The position numbers and the translations under genes were made by a program. A stretch of DNA of 63,747 bases, the filler included. It is 10 parts of 10 records of this genome, joined end to end, with 100 filler letters (N's around TTAATTAATTAA, not from the genome) between each part and the next. Parts side by side here need not be neighbours in the genome. Positions count along the whole stretch, not along the records: positions 38,209 to 45,105 come from SRR31147125_85470; positions 45,206 to 51,351 come from SRR31147125_85513; positions 51,452 to 58,380 come from SRR31147125_85520; 7 more parts are not named here. The stretch is one strand, 5' to 3'. The notes under the pieces were generated by a model, which worked only from the letters and a program-made list of their open reading frames with translations, ran no database searches and was not told the DNA's origin. How positions within the stretch are numbered: the stretch's first letter is position 1; the number at the start of each line of letters is the position of its first letter. Shown one piece after another: positions 41,705 through 52,554 of the stretch.

Positions 41705-43160
41705 CCTCCGTTTTTTTCCGGGACAGTGCTTTTTTCAATTGATCGCCCAGCGACCCCAGCGAATTCGAAGCGCCACCGGCAAATTCCTGCCAGTTTTGAT
41801 CGTCGCCAACGTCGCCGGTGCCCAGGGAAATTTTGCGTTCGGCAACGTTGACCCCATCGATGGTTACGGTGATGGTTGCCCCCGGCTTCAGGGTTTCGAT
41901 GGCTGCTGCCTTTTCCGAAGCGGCAATCTTGGATTTGGGCAGCAGGCCGGTGATACCGGGTGCCAGATTGATGAATATACCGAACGCTTCCTTCTTTTCC
42001 ACCTGTCCCTTGACCGTCTTTCCGGGTTTTAATTTTTCTTCGACATCGGCCCAGGGATCTCCTTCGGCATCCTTGATGCTCAGTGAAATGCGTTTTCGAT
42101 CAGGGTCGACCTCCTTGACCATGACCATGATCTCATCGCCGGGGGCGACAACCTCTTCCGGTCGCATCACCCGACGCGTATAGCTCATCTCACTGATGTG
42201 CACCAGTCCTTCGATGCCGGGGTATAGTTCAATAAACGCACCGAAGTTGGCGCAACGGGTCACCTTGCCCATGCGTTTCTGTCCCACCTGAACGCGCTGC
42301 TGGATATCGGCCCACGGATCCCCCATGGCCTGTTTCACGGAAAGAGAAATTTTAGGGACGCCCGGCTTATTGCCCTCCTTTATTCCCAACATTTTGACCT
42401 GCAGCCGATCACCCACCTTGACCGCCTGTTCCGGATGGTCCAGGCGAGACCAGCTCAATTCGCTGATATGCACCAACCCTTCAACGCCCGGAGCCAAGGC
42501 CACAAAGGCGCCGAAGGGAACCAGACGAACCACGCTGCCTTCCAGGACGGCATCCTCTGCCAATTGGGCCATGAATTCCTTGCGGCTGGCATCCAGTTCC
42601 TTCTGCAGGATCTCACGCCGCGAAACCACAATGTTGCGCCCATTTTCTTCAAAGCGCTTGATCAGGAACGTAAGTGTCTGACCGACATAGTTGGCCGGAT
42701 CTTCAACGTAAGTCACATCGATCTGGCTGATGGGACAGAAGGTCCGCCGCTTAACCATCTCCACATGAAAACCGCCCTTTATGGCGGCTACGACCTTCCC
42801 CTCAACCGGAATACGCTGCTCCCATGCATCCCTGAGCATGTTCAACCCACCGATGCCGGAAATCGCCTTTGAAAGCCGGATTTCGCTCTCATCGGCGGCG
42901 ACCACGTAAAGATCCAGTTCATCGCCGACATTAAGGGCAAGCTGACCGTCTTCATCGAGCAGTTCACCGCGCTCAACCACACCATCCACCTTGGTGCCGG
43001 TATCCACAAACACGCTATTGCTGCCAATGGATATTATTCGCCCCTGGACACGATCGCCGACACTGATGTTGTCGTTCATGCCGGCGCTATAGGATTCAAA
43101 CAACTCGGCGAAGCTCTCTTCGTCTTCCGAGGTTCCTTTTTCAAATTCGTCGTCATTCAT
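41685..43160 (-). CDS. rpsA: 30S ribosomal protein S1 (five S1 domains)
   Basis: Repeated FGAFV/FI...[10 protein letters not shown]1 motifs, NIVVSRR, RISLSIK. Confidence 0.88.
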   Translation of the reverse strand: MNDDEFEKGTSEDEESFAELFESYSAGMNDNISVGDRVQGRIISIGSNSVFVDTGTKVDGVVERGELLDEDGQLALNVGDELDLYVVAADESEIRLSKAISGIGGLNMLRDAWEQRIPVEGKVVAAIKGGFHVEMVKRRTFCPISQIDVTYVEDPANYVGQTLTFLIKRFEENGRNIVVSRREILQKELDASRKEFMAQLAEDAVLEGSVVRLVPFGAFVALAPGVEGLVHISELSWSRLDHPEQAVKVGDRLQVKMLGIKEGNKPGVPKISLSVKQAMGDPWADIQQRVQVGQKRMGKVTRCANFGAFIELYPGIEGLVHISEMSYTRRVMRPEEVVAPGDEIMVMVKEVDPDRKRISLSIKDAEGDPWADVEEKLKPGKTVKGQVEKKEAFGIFINLAPGITGLLPKSKIAASEKAAAIETLKPGATITVTIDGVNVAERKISLGTGDVGDDQNWQEFAGGASNSLGSLGDQLKKALSRKKTEGDHGDI

Positions 43161-43401
43161 GGCTGATCTCCCCGTTCAATAAAATATTCGGCAACTTCAC
43201 CAGAAAAAGACTGGTTTTGCAAGCCAATTGTGGTTTCACCACCAATTCTTGAAGGACCGGCAATCACTTGGCCGGGGAAAGCCACGGCGTGTATTTGCCG
43301 GGGTTGAATTGACTTGTCGTCAGGGCCCGCCATGGCGGGCATGGCCAAGGGAGGAACGACCGGCTATCCAATAAAAAGAATGGTCCGCGGTTGCTTGGGG
43401 G

Positions 43402-43429
43402 TTGACAAGCAATGACGGATGGATATGCT
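43402..43429 (+). promoter_or_regulatory. Sigma70-type promoter upstream of hsp20
   Basis: TTGACA-N16-TATGCT. Confidence 0.5.
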
Positions 43430-43581
43430 TTTCTCATTCACAACAACCATGAAACATCCGAGGCTACCCGCCTTTCCCACAGCCCGCGCGTAACCATTCG
43501 CTGGGCGACGCCGCGATGGATCGGATATGGGCGGCCCCCCCGTTACTGAAACCTAAATTTAGTTAGAACAGGAGGCCTGTC

Positions 43582-44031
43582 ATGGCTATCATCAAATGGG
43601 ATCCCCTGGGTAATATCACGACGTTGCAGGACCGCATCAACAAGCTCTTTGACGATTCATTTCCGCGGCAGATGGACGAAGACGGCGAGCTGTCCCTGTG
43701 CGCCTGGACCCCCAGTGTGGATATCTACGAAACGGATACAGGGGTGATCGTTGCCACAGACTTACCCGGGGTAGGCAAGGAAGATGTGATGGTGGAGGTC
43801 AAGGATACCGTGATGACCATCAGCGGAGAGCGCTCCACCGATCCTATGGGGCAAGCCGCGAACTACTACCGCCGCGAACGTCTCTGCGGAAAATTTCAGC
43901 GCACGTTCACCCTGCATGCCATGGTCTCGCCGGAACAAATCAAGGCCAAATTTAAAAACGGAGTTCTGATTATAGAGATCCCCAAGCCCGAAGCGGATAT
44001 ACCCCGGCAGATATCGGTGGATATTGAGTAG
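43582..44031 (+). CDS. Hsp20/alpha-crystallin small heat-shock protein
   Basis: WTPSVDIYET, DLPGV, ISGER, ER..GKFQRTF.L, AKFKNGVLIIEIPK. Confidence 0.93.
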   Translation: MAIIKWDPLGNITTLQDRINKLFDDSFPRQMDEDGELSLCAWTPSVDIYETDTGVIVATDLPGVGKEDVMVEVKDTVMTISGERSTDPMGQAANYYRRERLCGKFQRTFTLHAMVSPEQIKAKFKNGVLIIEIPKPEADIPRQISVDIE

Positions 44032-44073
44032 GCCGTTGCCTGCCGAATTACAGCTTGAAAAGGTATCGATCCG

Positions 44074-44442
44074 TTAGCTTTGATTTGGGCCTGCGGGGGT
44101 GAGCTGTTTGTCAAAATTGGAGATGTGATAGAATAAAATATCCCTGAGGGTGGTGAGAAACACCTCTTTTCCCATATCGCCGCGATCCACTTGTTTCTCT
44201 ATGAGAGCGAGGCGAGCCTTGAGCATACGGTGCTCTTCGAGATGCTCGGGGGTCATGTTCAAGCCCTCTTCCTGGCAGATTTTCTCTTCGCTATCCAGGT
44301 GATTGGCAAGCCCTGATATCAAAAGACGGGCCGAAGAAGCCCAATCACCTATATTCCGCGAGCACAAATCGATCATGCAATCGATATTGGCATGCTCGCC
44401 GTCGATTTGCAGATTACCGGTGGAAAAGTAGGTGTAGTACAT
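44074..44442 (-). CDS. Single-domain hemerythrin-like protein
   Basis: TGNLQIDGEH, HLDSEE, HLEEH and HISNFD: the hemerythrin iron-ligand pattern. Confidence 0.8.
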   Translation of the reverse strand: MYYTYFSTGNLQIDGEHANIDCMIDLCSRNIGDWASSARLLISGLANHLDSEEKICQEEGLNMTPEHLEEHRMLKARLALIEKQVDRGDMGKEVFLTTLRDILFYHISNFDKQLTPAGPNQS

Positions 44443-44591
44443 GATCGACCCTATCAGTAAAATAATTGCTTTTAGGATATTATCCGCATAAAATTAACAA
44501 GAAGTGGGCATAATCGTCAATTTATTTTTGCCCAAGTCAACGTCCGGGGTATTCAAATCGTGCTTAACCCAAAAACAGAAATTACATCCCC

Positions 44592-45105
44592 ATGCATGAA
44601 ACCGACAATCCAGCGGACCACTTTCAGCGCCAGGGAAAAATGCTGGCCAATCGGGTAAAAAAGCGATTCCGGCATTTTTCTAAGCGCTTTGGCAAACTCG
44701 ACATCGAGGTCTTTCGACTCTATGACTGGGATATCCCCGAAATTAGAGCCGTCGTGGACTGGTATGGCGGACACCTGGTAATCGGTGAGTACATGCGACG
44801 CCAGTCCGTTCCCGAGTGGCTACCGCTGATGGGCCGGGCCGTGGCCGACGCCCTGGCCGTACCATCCGAGCGGGTACACCTGAAACAGCGGTGGGCCGGC
44901 AAACAGGATGGTCAACGTTACCAACGCATCGATTATACCGACCGGAAAATCATCCTTCACGAAAGGGATCTGAAGTTTCTGGTCAATCCCTATGATTATG
45001 TAGACACGGGCCTTTTCGCCGACCACCGGGACACACGCCAGAAAGTGCGTGAAATCTCAGCCGGCAAGGATTTCCTGAACCTTTATTGCTACACGGCATC
45101 CTTTT
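44592..45105 (+). CDS. 23S rRNA methyltransferase, RlmK/RlmI family, 3' truncated
   Basis: MLANRVKK, FRLYDWDIPE, DYVDTGLFADHR, FLNLYCYTASF. Confidence 0.85.
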
Positions 45106-45333
45106 NNNNNNNNNNNNNNNNNNNNNNNNNNNNNNNNNNNNNNNNNNNNTTAATTAATTAANNNNNNNNNNNNNNNNNNNNNNNNNNNNNNNNNNNNNNN
45201 NNNNNTAATTTCGTGCAAAAGTTCGGTAATTACATTTCTTAAATTGAACACATTTAAACAACCTTTGATTTCGATAATTAAATTATAATGATAAATGGTC
45301 ACATTTCCTAGTTAACTGAGATTATACTTTTAC

Positions 45334-45362
45334 TTGACTTTGATTATATTCTTAAGTATAAT
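45334..45362 (+). promoter_or_regulatory. Sigma70-type promoter
   Basis: TTGACT-N17-TATAAT upstream of the response regulator gene. Confidence 0.6.
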
Positions 45363-45498
45363 AATTAGATGGAATGTGTTTTTTTAAGATATCCCCTTCC
45401 ATCCTTGATAATACCTAATCCTGTATCGAAACAACCATATTGTGTAACCTGCTTTAACTCAATTAGTATTGTTTTGGCGTAAACTCGGAGGGAATTGA

Positions 45499-46266
45499 AT
45501 GTCATCTCAACGAATACTGGTCATTGAAGATGAAGCGATAACAGCCCAGGATCTTAAATATCGCCTTGAAAGGCTGGGATATACTGTAGTGGGCACAGTA
45601 GGATCAGGTGAGGAGGCAATAAAAAAGGCGAAAGAAACGTATCCTGATCTCATCCTGGTAGATATCAGTTTAAAGGGTGAGATGGATGGCATTGAGGCTG
45701 CTCAACAAATTCACAGCCAATTCAATATACCGGCAATAATCATTACAGCTCATACTGATCCCGATACGATTGCGCGATCAAAGTTGGCGGATCCGTTTGG
45801 TTATCTTTGTAAACCCATAGATGACAGAGAATTACACGCTACCATTGAAACAGCATTTTCGAAATTTGCGCTGGAATGGCAATTAAAAGAAAATGGAAGA
45901 TTATTATCTTTAACGCTAAATAGCCTGAGTGATGCGATCATCATTACAGAAGATGATGAATATATAAGTTTTATGAATCCAACGGCCCAAAGTCTTACGG
46001 GCTGGAATTCGGAAGATGTCCTTGGAAAAAGATTAGATGAAATTCTGGTCCTTTTCGATTCAGCGTCTGATCAAAATCCGGATAATCAGCTTCAATTACA
46101 TTTTGATGAGCGAAAGAATCAATGTCTTCCATCAAATATCATGCTGTTGTCAAAGGATGGACAGAAACGAGCGATTGAAGGAAATTTTGGACCTATTTTG
46201 GATGAGAACAAGAGAATTTTGAATTATATTATTAACTTTCGATTACAAAAATCAGCGAACGAATAA
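45499..46266 (+). CDS. Response regulator receiver plus PAS domain protein
   Basis: ILVIEDE, PDLILVDISL..EMDGIE, TAH, GYLCKP; PAS DAIIIT...FMNPTAQSLTGW. Confidence 0.9.
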   Translation: MSSQRILVIEDEAITAQDLKYRLERLGYTVVGTVGSGEEAIKKAKETYPDLILVDISLKGEMDGIEAAQQIHSQFNIPAIIITAHTDPDTIARSKLADPFGYLCKPIDDRELHATIETAFSKFALEWQLKENGRLLSLTLNSLSDAIIITEDDEYISFMNPTAQSLTGWNSEDVLGKRLDEILVLFDSASDQNPDNQLQLHFDERKNQCLPSNIMLLSKDGQKRAIEGNFGPILDENKRILNYIINFRLQKSANE

Positions 46267-46605
46267 ACAAGCGCATAAAGAACTATGATTTTGGGAGACG
46301 AAAGACTTTAATTTTATAGTGATTCTTGCAAGGCACTGAAAATTTAATTTTTATTGCTTATCTTATTCATTAATCACTATTAAATTATAACTTACCAGAC
46401 TTTACCAGTTCAATTAAGATCAATTGCTCCCTGGTTTGTTTAACCGTCAACATTGCTTATGCCCTGGTGCAGAGTCCTTTCCAGCTGTTTTTTATTCCCT
46501 TGCACGCAATCATATTTTTTGTTAAATTTTAATAAAGGATATTCGTTATCATCCTGTGTATTATACTCCAAAAACAATCAGCAATCTAATTTGATACAGT
46601 TCATT

Positions 46606-47971
46606 ATGATTTCTTTACGCCTGCAAAAAAGAACTAAAAATTCGTTACTCCTATTTTTCTCCTCTTTAAAAAATAGAATTATTTTCCTGATCCTTTTTTT
46701 TATTTTTTAAGCGTTCCGGATATGAGCACATGCCAGCCTGCCCATTCGAGTAAGCACCTGATTATCGAAGATATAACAATTGAGGGAATTCAAAAACTCA
46801 GTCTGAAGTTATTTTTGATTTATTGACAATTGAATCAGGTGACACGATAACTCCTGCTCTATTAACAGAAAACAATAATATATTATCACAAACAAAATTT
46901 TTTAAAAATGTGGATATATACACCCGTCCCGGCTCCATTAAAGGTAACCTGATTGTTGTCATTGAAATTATTGAACGGAAATGGCCCTATTATCGTTTTG
47001 AAGGTGGAAAAAGTGAACTGGAAGGTTGGTATATTGTACCGCTCAGCTTTCGTTTTGATAATTTTTTCGGTCACGGTAATTTAATGAGCTGGCAATTAAC
47101 CATAGGCGATCGTATTGGCCGTAACTCACTGAACTATCAGAATTCACATTTATTTCATTCAAAAGTAACGTTACAAGCAAGTTTGTACGGTGCAAGTCGG
47201 GAATTTGTGCATTACTTTGGTGAAATAGATACCATTGAAACTGTGGAATCCGCAGGGCTCAATTTCACACTGAGTGGTAATGAAGGTCTTTCCAGGTACC
47301 TTTTTACATCCATCAGAGTTGCAAAATATAAACCCGGCATAAATGATACACTAGAGACCTTTTTCCCGGACGATTTTAACAAAGCCCAAATCAATTCCTT
47401 TACTGTTGGTTTGCGTGCTGATTTCAGAGATAATGAAGCCTTTCCACTCAATGGATTCTGGGGTCTTTTTTCAGTAGAAATTGCGAATAAATTACTTGGA
47501 AGCGATATTCACATTCCCAAAATCAATATTGATACCCGATTTTACAAAAAAATATCAGATTTTAATGTTTACGCTCTGCACATCAAAGGTAATATTACAA
47601 GTTCGGATGCTCCCTTTTATGAACGTTTTTATCTGGGTGGGTCCTATTCCCTGCGTGGCTTTCGTTATGGTTATCTAACGCCAAGGGGATGGGGTACGAA
47701 ACTGTTATTAATACAAAATGAATTTCGCATTCCTTTATCCACTAAAAAGTTTCCATATCACAAGCATACGGCAGTGCTTTTTTTAGATTCAGGCGGAATC
47801 TGGGGACCCGGCCAAACAACTGATTTAAGTGATTTTCACTCATCGCTGGGTATAGGGTATCAGATAGCTCTACCCGTTGTTGGGCTGGTGAGAGCCAGTT
47901 TAGCATACCCGGTAACTAAAAAAGTCAAACGAGAGCTACGATTACATTTTGCATTGGGGCATATGTTCTAA
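46606..47971 (+). CDS. Omp85 (BamA/TamA) family outer-membrane protein with a POTRA domain; two apparent frameshifts (about 46700 and 46785)
   Basis: Reconstructed POTRA IEDITIEGNSKTQSEVI; FYERFYLGGSYSLRGF; terminal ALGHMF. Track ORF 46823-47971 lacks the N-terminus. Confidence 0.75.
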
Positions 47972-48136
47972 GACAGATAATCCCGATAATGAAGCCAATG
48001 CCGTTATCTCTCCCGATATGCCGCAAAAGCAGGGTTTCGTAATAAAACAAAATAACAATAAAGAAAAAATATAAAAGAATTATCAAATGAGCGCAAGTTA
48101 CCTTGCCTTAAGACATCATAGTACAGAGAGGAATAA

Positions 48137-48853
48137 TTGGTGTTTTTTCACTTTAATCGACATATATCAGTAAATTCAACAATCAGGATTCTATGCCTGA
48201 TTTGTATTATGCTGACGTGTGGATTAAGCGTTTCCAACATCTATGCCGGAGCTGACCAAACAATTCTTGTCGAAAATATTGAACCCGCATTATACAATGG
48301 TCACCTCACTGTATCCGCTACTTTTAAAAACCTGTTTTCCCGTAAAACCATCAGCACGATACAGAGTGGTCTTCCGTCTTTGATTCAAATCGATATTAAA
48401 ATAATAGAAATAGGTCATAAAAACGTCATCAGGAAGAACTTTATTCAATCCATTACATATAACATATGGGACGAGCAGTATATCATACAATCTGAAGATA
48501 CTACGTTAACAGTAAATAAATTTAAATCTGTCATAGATTACTGCACTCATCTCGACCATAAATTTTTAACAGAACAATCCTCGATTAAAACAACGTCCCA
48601 GTATCTGATTGAAATAAGAATCGAAATTATCCCTATTTCTGCACAACAAGGTGAAAAGATACAAAATTGGATCAGAAAGAGTGACCAAACATCCTCACTC
48701 GTCAAATTTGATCAAGGCTCAAGCACACTGGAATTAAATGTCGGTAAATTAGTATCCATGTTTGTTGGCAAAAAGTCTCGCAAACAAAATAGTTCTGATT
48801 GGTATAAATCAAAACCATTCAGGATCAACAATACAGGAGAATTATTGCAATAA
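48137..48853 (+). CDS. DUF4390-like exported protein
   Basis: Signal-like N-terminus; IQSGLP and ITYNIWDEQY pattern; directly upstream of a HAMP kinase, the usual DUF4390 context. Confidence 0.55.
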   Translation: MVFFHFNRHISVNSTIRILCLICIMLTCGLSVSNIYAGADQTILVENIEPALYNGHLTVSATFKNLFSRKTISTIQSGLPSLIQIDIKIIEIGHKNVIRKNFIQSITYNIWDEQYIIQSEDTTLTVNKFKSVIDYCTHLDHKFLTEQSSIKTTSQYLIEIRIEIIPISAQQGEKIQNWIRKSDQTSSLVKFDQGSSTLELNVGKLVSMFVGKKSRKQNSSDWYKSKPFRINNTGELLQ

Positions 48854-50675
48854 TGCGTCGTATTCGCACAAAATTAGCATTGTCTTTATTGATTGCCACC
48901 TTACTCCCCGTCATTCCATCCTATTTTGTTGTAAAAGGCCTGCTTGATCGTAGCTTTGGACTTGGAATGAATAAAAAAGTGGCTGTCGCTCTTGAGGAAG
49001 CCGCCGGCATATCAGGTAAACTATTTGCAAAGTATAAAGAAGAGACATTGGCCAAAACAGTGGAACTGGCAGAAACAAACTGGCTTGAACAATTCATAAA
49101 AACCAATGGGAGATCAAACTTTGTCCTAAGTGACAAGGTAAAAAATCTCGGTAATATTAAAATTGACATTTTTGATGGGGACACGAATCTGTTACATTCC
49201 TGGATCCAATTTGAGGACATGGACTATCCCGTTTTAGAAGAAAAGACTATTCAACGGCTATCAAAAAAACAACGGCAGATGTGATCCAACAAGCATCAAA
49301 TCCGAATTATATTTCCGTTTCTTCGCCAGTTACAGTGAATGGGAAACAAATAGGTTTTATTAATTTATTCAGAATATTGGAAAAAAGCTTTTCCCAGGCA
49401 GCACAAAATGTTGTGGAAGTCAATCAGATGTATACATCCATTGATTTAGTCAGTGAAGACCTGAAAGGCGGTTTTTTATTCGTCTTTATCATTGTTTATG
49501 CAAGTGTTGTCCTGTTATCTACAACTGTAGGATATTTTTATTCACGTAGAATTACGTCTCCATTAGTAAAGCTGGCAAGAGGCACCCAAAAAGTAGCTGA
49601 AGGTGACTGGGATTATCGTATGCCAGTATCCACCAAGGATGAGATAGGCGATCTGGTCCAGGCCTTTAACAAAATGATCAATACAATTCAAGAGAAACAG
49701 CGACAAGCCCGCGAGCAGGAGATAAAACGCAGACGAAGTGAACAGGAAACACTGCAAAAAACAAAAGAACTAGAACTGGCTGAGCTTAATTCAAAAGTCT
49801 TAAAAGCAGAAAATGAACGTAAAACACTCGAGTTAGAAAAGGCGCAGGAACTTGAAAAAGCTTATAAAGCCCTGGAAATATCACATCACCACCTGCAGGA
49901 AGCCCAGGCCCAACTCATCCAATCGGAAAAAATGGCTTCACTTGGTAATTTGGCTGCGGGCGTTGCCCATGAAATAAATAATCCAATTGGAGCTATAAAC
50001 AGCTCTGCAGATGTCTCTCTTCGTGCTGTGCGAAAAATTAATGCCGCACTTGAAAGCGAGCAGTTGCTTGCTGTATTCAAAAATGATCAAAAACTGGAAT
50101 TGGCCCTAAAAATACTGCAGGACAATACTCAGCTCATGGTAACAGCCAGTACACGAGTGGCAAAAATTGTCAAAAGTTTAAAGACATTCGCTCGTCTGGA
50201 TGAGATCAGCTCACAAAGCGCAAACATTCATGAAGGTTTGGATAGCACATTAATGCTACTTCAACATGAAATTAAAAATCGTATCACGGTTGAGAAGGAT
50301 TATGGAGCTATTCCCCCCATTCATGCCTATCATGATCAATTAAATCAGGTATTTATGAACCTGCTGGCCAATGCTGCACAGGCTATCGATAAAAAAGGGC
50401 AGATATTCATCCATACTTTTATGGATGAAAAAAATATTTTCATTGAGATTAAAGATACTGGTAAGGGTATTACACCGGAAAAAATTAGTAAAATATTTGA
50501 TCCGGGATTTACAACAAAAGGAGTGGGAGTTGGTACCGGATTGGGCTTGTCAATCAGTTACAATATCATTCAAAAACATCATGGTAATATACGAGTGGAA
50601 AGTGAACCGGGGAAAGGGACAACATTTACGATAATTATTCCTCTTCATGCTAAAGAAGGAGAAGAAACGTTATAA
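48853..50675 (+). CDS. HAMP-domain sensor histidine kinase (NtrY-like input), frameshift near 49265
   Basis: Two TMs, HAMP (SRRITSPL...DEIGDL..AFNKM), QSEKMASLG..AAGVAHEINNP, QVFMNLLANA, DTGKG, GTGLGL. One extra A joins 48853-49284 to 49281-50675. Confidence 0.88.
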
Positions 50676-50719
50676 TAATACCTGTAAACCGGAATTTTTC
50701 AAATGAGCATTCAACCGGT

Positions 50720-50746
50720 TTTGACAATGCCATTGGCATTGTCAAA
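50720..50746. repeat. 27-bp perfect palindrome between convergent genes
   Basis: TTTGACAATGCCA-T-TGGCATTGTCAAA. Confidence 0.85.
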
Positions 50747-50818
50747 GCTCATCAAGCGACTATAATGTTCCTTCTCCCCTTTTCAAAACGCACCATCTTT
50801 CCTGATTTTCTCTTTTTT

Positions 50819-51351
50819 TTATCTCTCTTCTGTCAAATGGCGTGCCTTTTTAAGCTGTTTTTTAATGGATTCCGGTCCTGTACCCCCAGCCAGATTCCTT
50901 TTTTATGATAGCTTCAATTGGATCAAACAATTTCAACACATCATTTTCAAACTGATCTGAAAATTCCATAAAATCATTCAAGGTCAAATCAGCTAAAGTG
51001 ACTTTCTTCTCTTCCGCTTTAGTGACGATGTGGCCGACAATACTATGCGCTTTACGAAAGGGGATGCCTTTTTTGACAAGGTAATCTGCAACATCCGTAG
51101 CATAAAGCGCCGGATCCATGGATTCAAGCATTTTAGACTTGTTTACTTTCAGGGTCTGTAAAACACCTTGCAATACCATTGTTGAGTCGATCGTCTGCTC
51201 AAAGGAGTCAAACATAGGCTGTTTGTCTTCCTGCAGATCTCTGGCATAAGCAGTCGGTATACCCTTCAAAAGTGTCATCAAAGTGGTTTGATTGCCAATA
51301 ACCCGTGCTGTTTTACCGCGCAAAAGTTCGAGAGAATCCGGATTTCTTTTT
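50819..51351 (-). CDS. argH: Argininosuccinate lyase, 5' truncated, frameshift near 50900
   Basis: KRNPDSLELLRGK, AYARDLQEDK, ATDVADYLVKKGIPFRKAH. Correcting an A run restores GGTGP and a stop at 50819. Confidence 0.92.
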
Positions 51352-51451
51352 NNNNNNNNNNNNNNNNNNNNNNNNNNNNNNNNNNNNNNNNNNNNTTAAT
51401 TAATTAANNNNNNNNNNNNNNNNNNNNNNNNNNNNNNNNNNNNNNNNNNNN

Positions 51452-52419
51452 TTTTCCGCCAGCATCTTACCGATAATGCTGTGATCAGTCTTCAGGCGGT
51501 CCTGCTCAGCCCGATACATCGGCAAATGTTTGTCTCGCGCACTGTGAATGGCTTTGCGATAATGAAGCGGCATTTTCTCAAGCATAACCAGGCGACCGAC
51601 ATCGTGCAGCAGGCCACCGGTAAAATACTTTTCTGTATCTTTTTCCCCGAGGAAACCTGCCAGAACCCGGGCAAAAAGTCCGCACCGGATCGAATGCCGC
51701 CAGAAGGATTCCATATCCATCAACCCTGACGGAATCAGCTGGAATTGACGCACAACCGTGATCCCGAGGGCTAAAGAACTCAACTCATTGAGACCCAGCA
51801 GAGACACTGCGCGAGTGACCGAATCAATTTTCGACCGGAATCCGTAAAACGGGCTGTTCACCAGTCGCAGAAGACGCACGGTCAGGCTTGCATCCTTACT
51901 AATCACATTGGCCAGTTGATGAGACGAGGTGTTCGGCCGGTTAATCAGTTCAACGATATGGCAATAAACCGTCGGCAGGGAAACGATATCGGAATCACTG
52001 TTCAGAAGCTGATGGACTTTCGGGGGTGACTGCTCTTCGATACGGGCCGAGACCGCCGGACATTCCGGCACATCGGTGGGTTCCCAACCCCGTTGGAACA
52101 TCTGAGCACAGCGATGCGTCACATGGCGGAACAGCGTTGCCGTTGGTTCTTCATCAAAAGAATTCAGTGAAAAACGGTCACTCAGGTACGCTTCGGCGCG
52201 GTCCGTACATTCAGCGATCGAATCCTGCTGCTCCAGATAGCCCTCACCAAGGCTTGATTCATCAATATCAGCTTCAATAACGCCCCAGGACTTCAGAAGC
52301 TGCAGCTGATCCGCCTTGATCTCAGCGCCGGCAGCCAGAACAAAGCGTCCAGAGGGTGTCCTCAGATCTTCGGCAAGCACCATGCCTTCTGTCAGATCAT
52401 CGATAAATACCAGAGCCAC
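51452..52419 (-). CDS. HDOD domain protein, 3' truncated
   Basis: SLPTV, LLRLVNSPFYG, AVSLLG, FWRHSI, GLLHDVGRL. GTG start at 52419 after AAGGA. Confidence 0.9.
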
Positions 52420-52554
52420 GCGTTCAATCCTTCTATAAAACACAGTTAAAATTTTCAGGAGTATAGTTGTTTTTAATGTGCTCGGCAATCATCTATTTCA
52501 AGATCTTCTTTTTCACGGAAAAATCCTCACCCGAGGGCGCATCATTGATGTATT

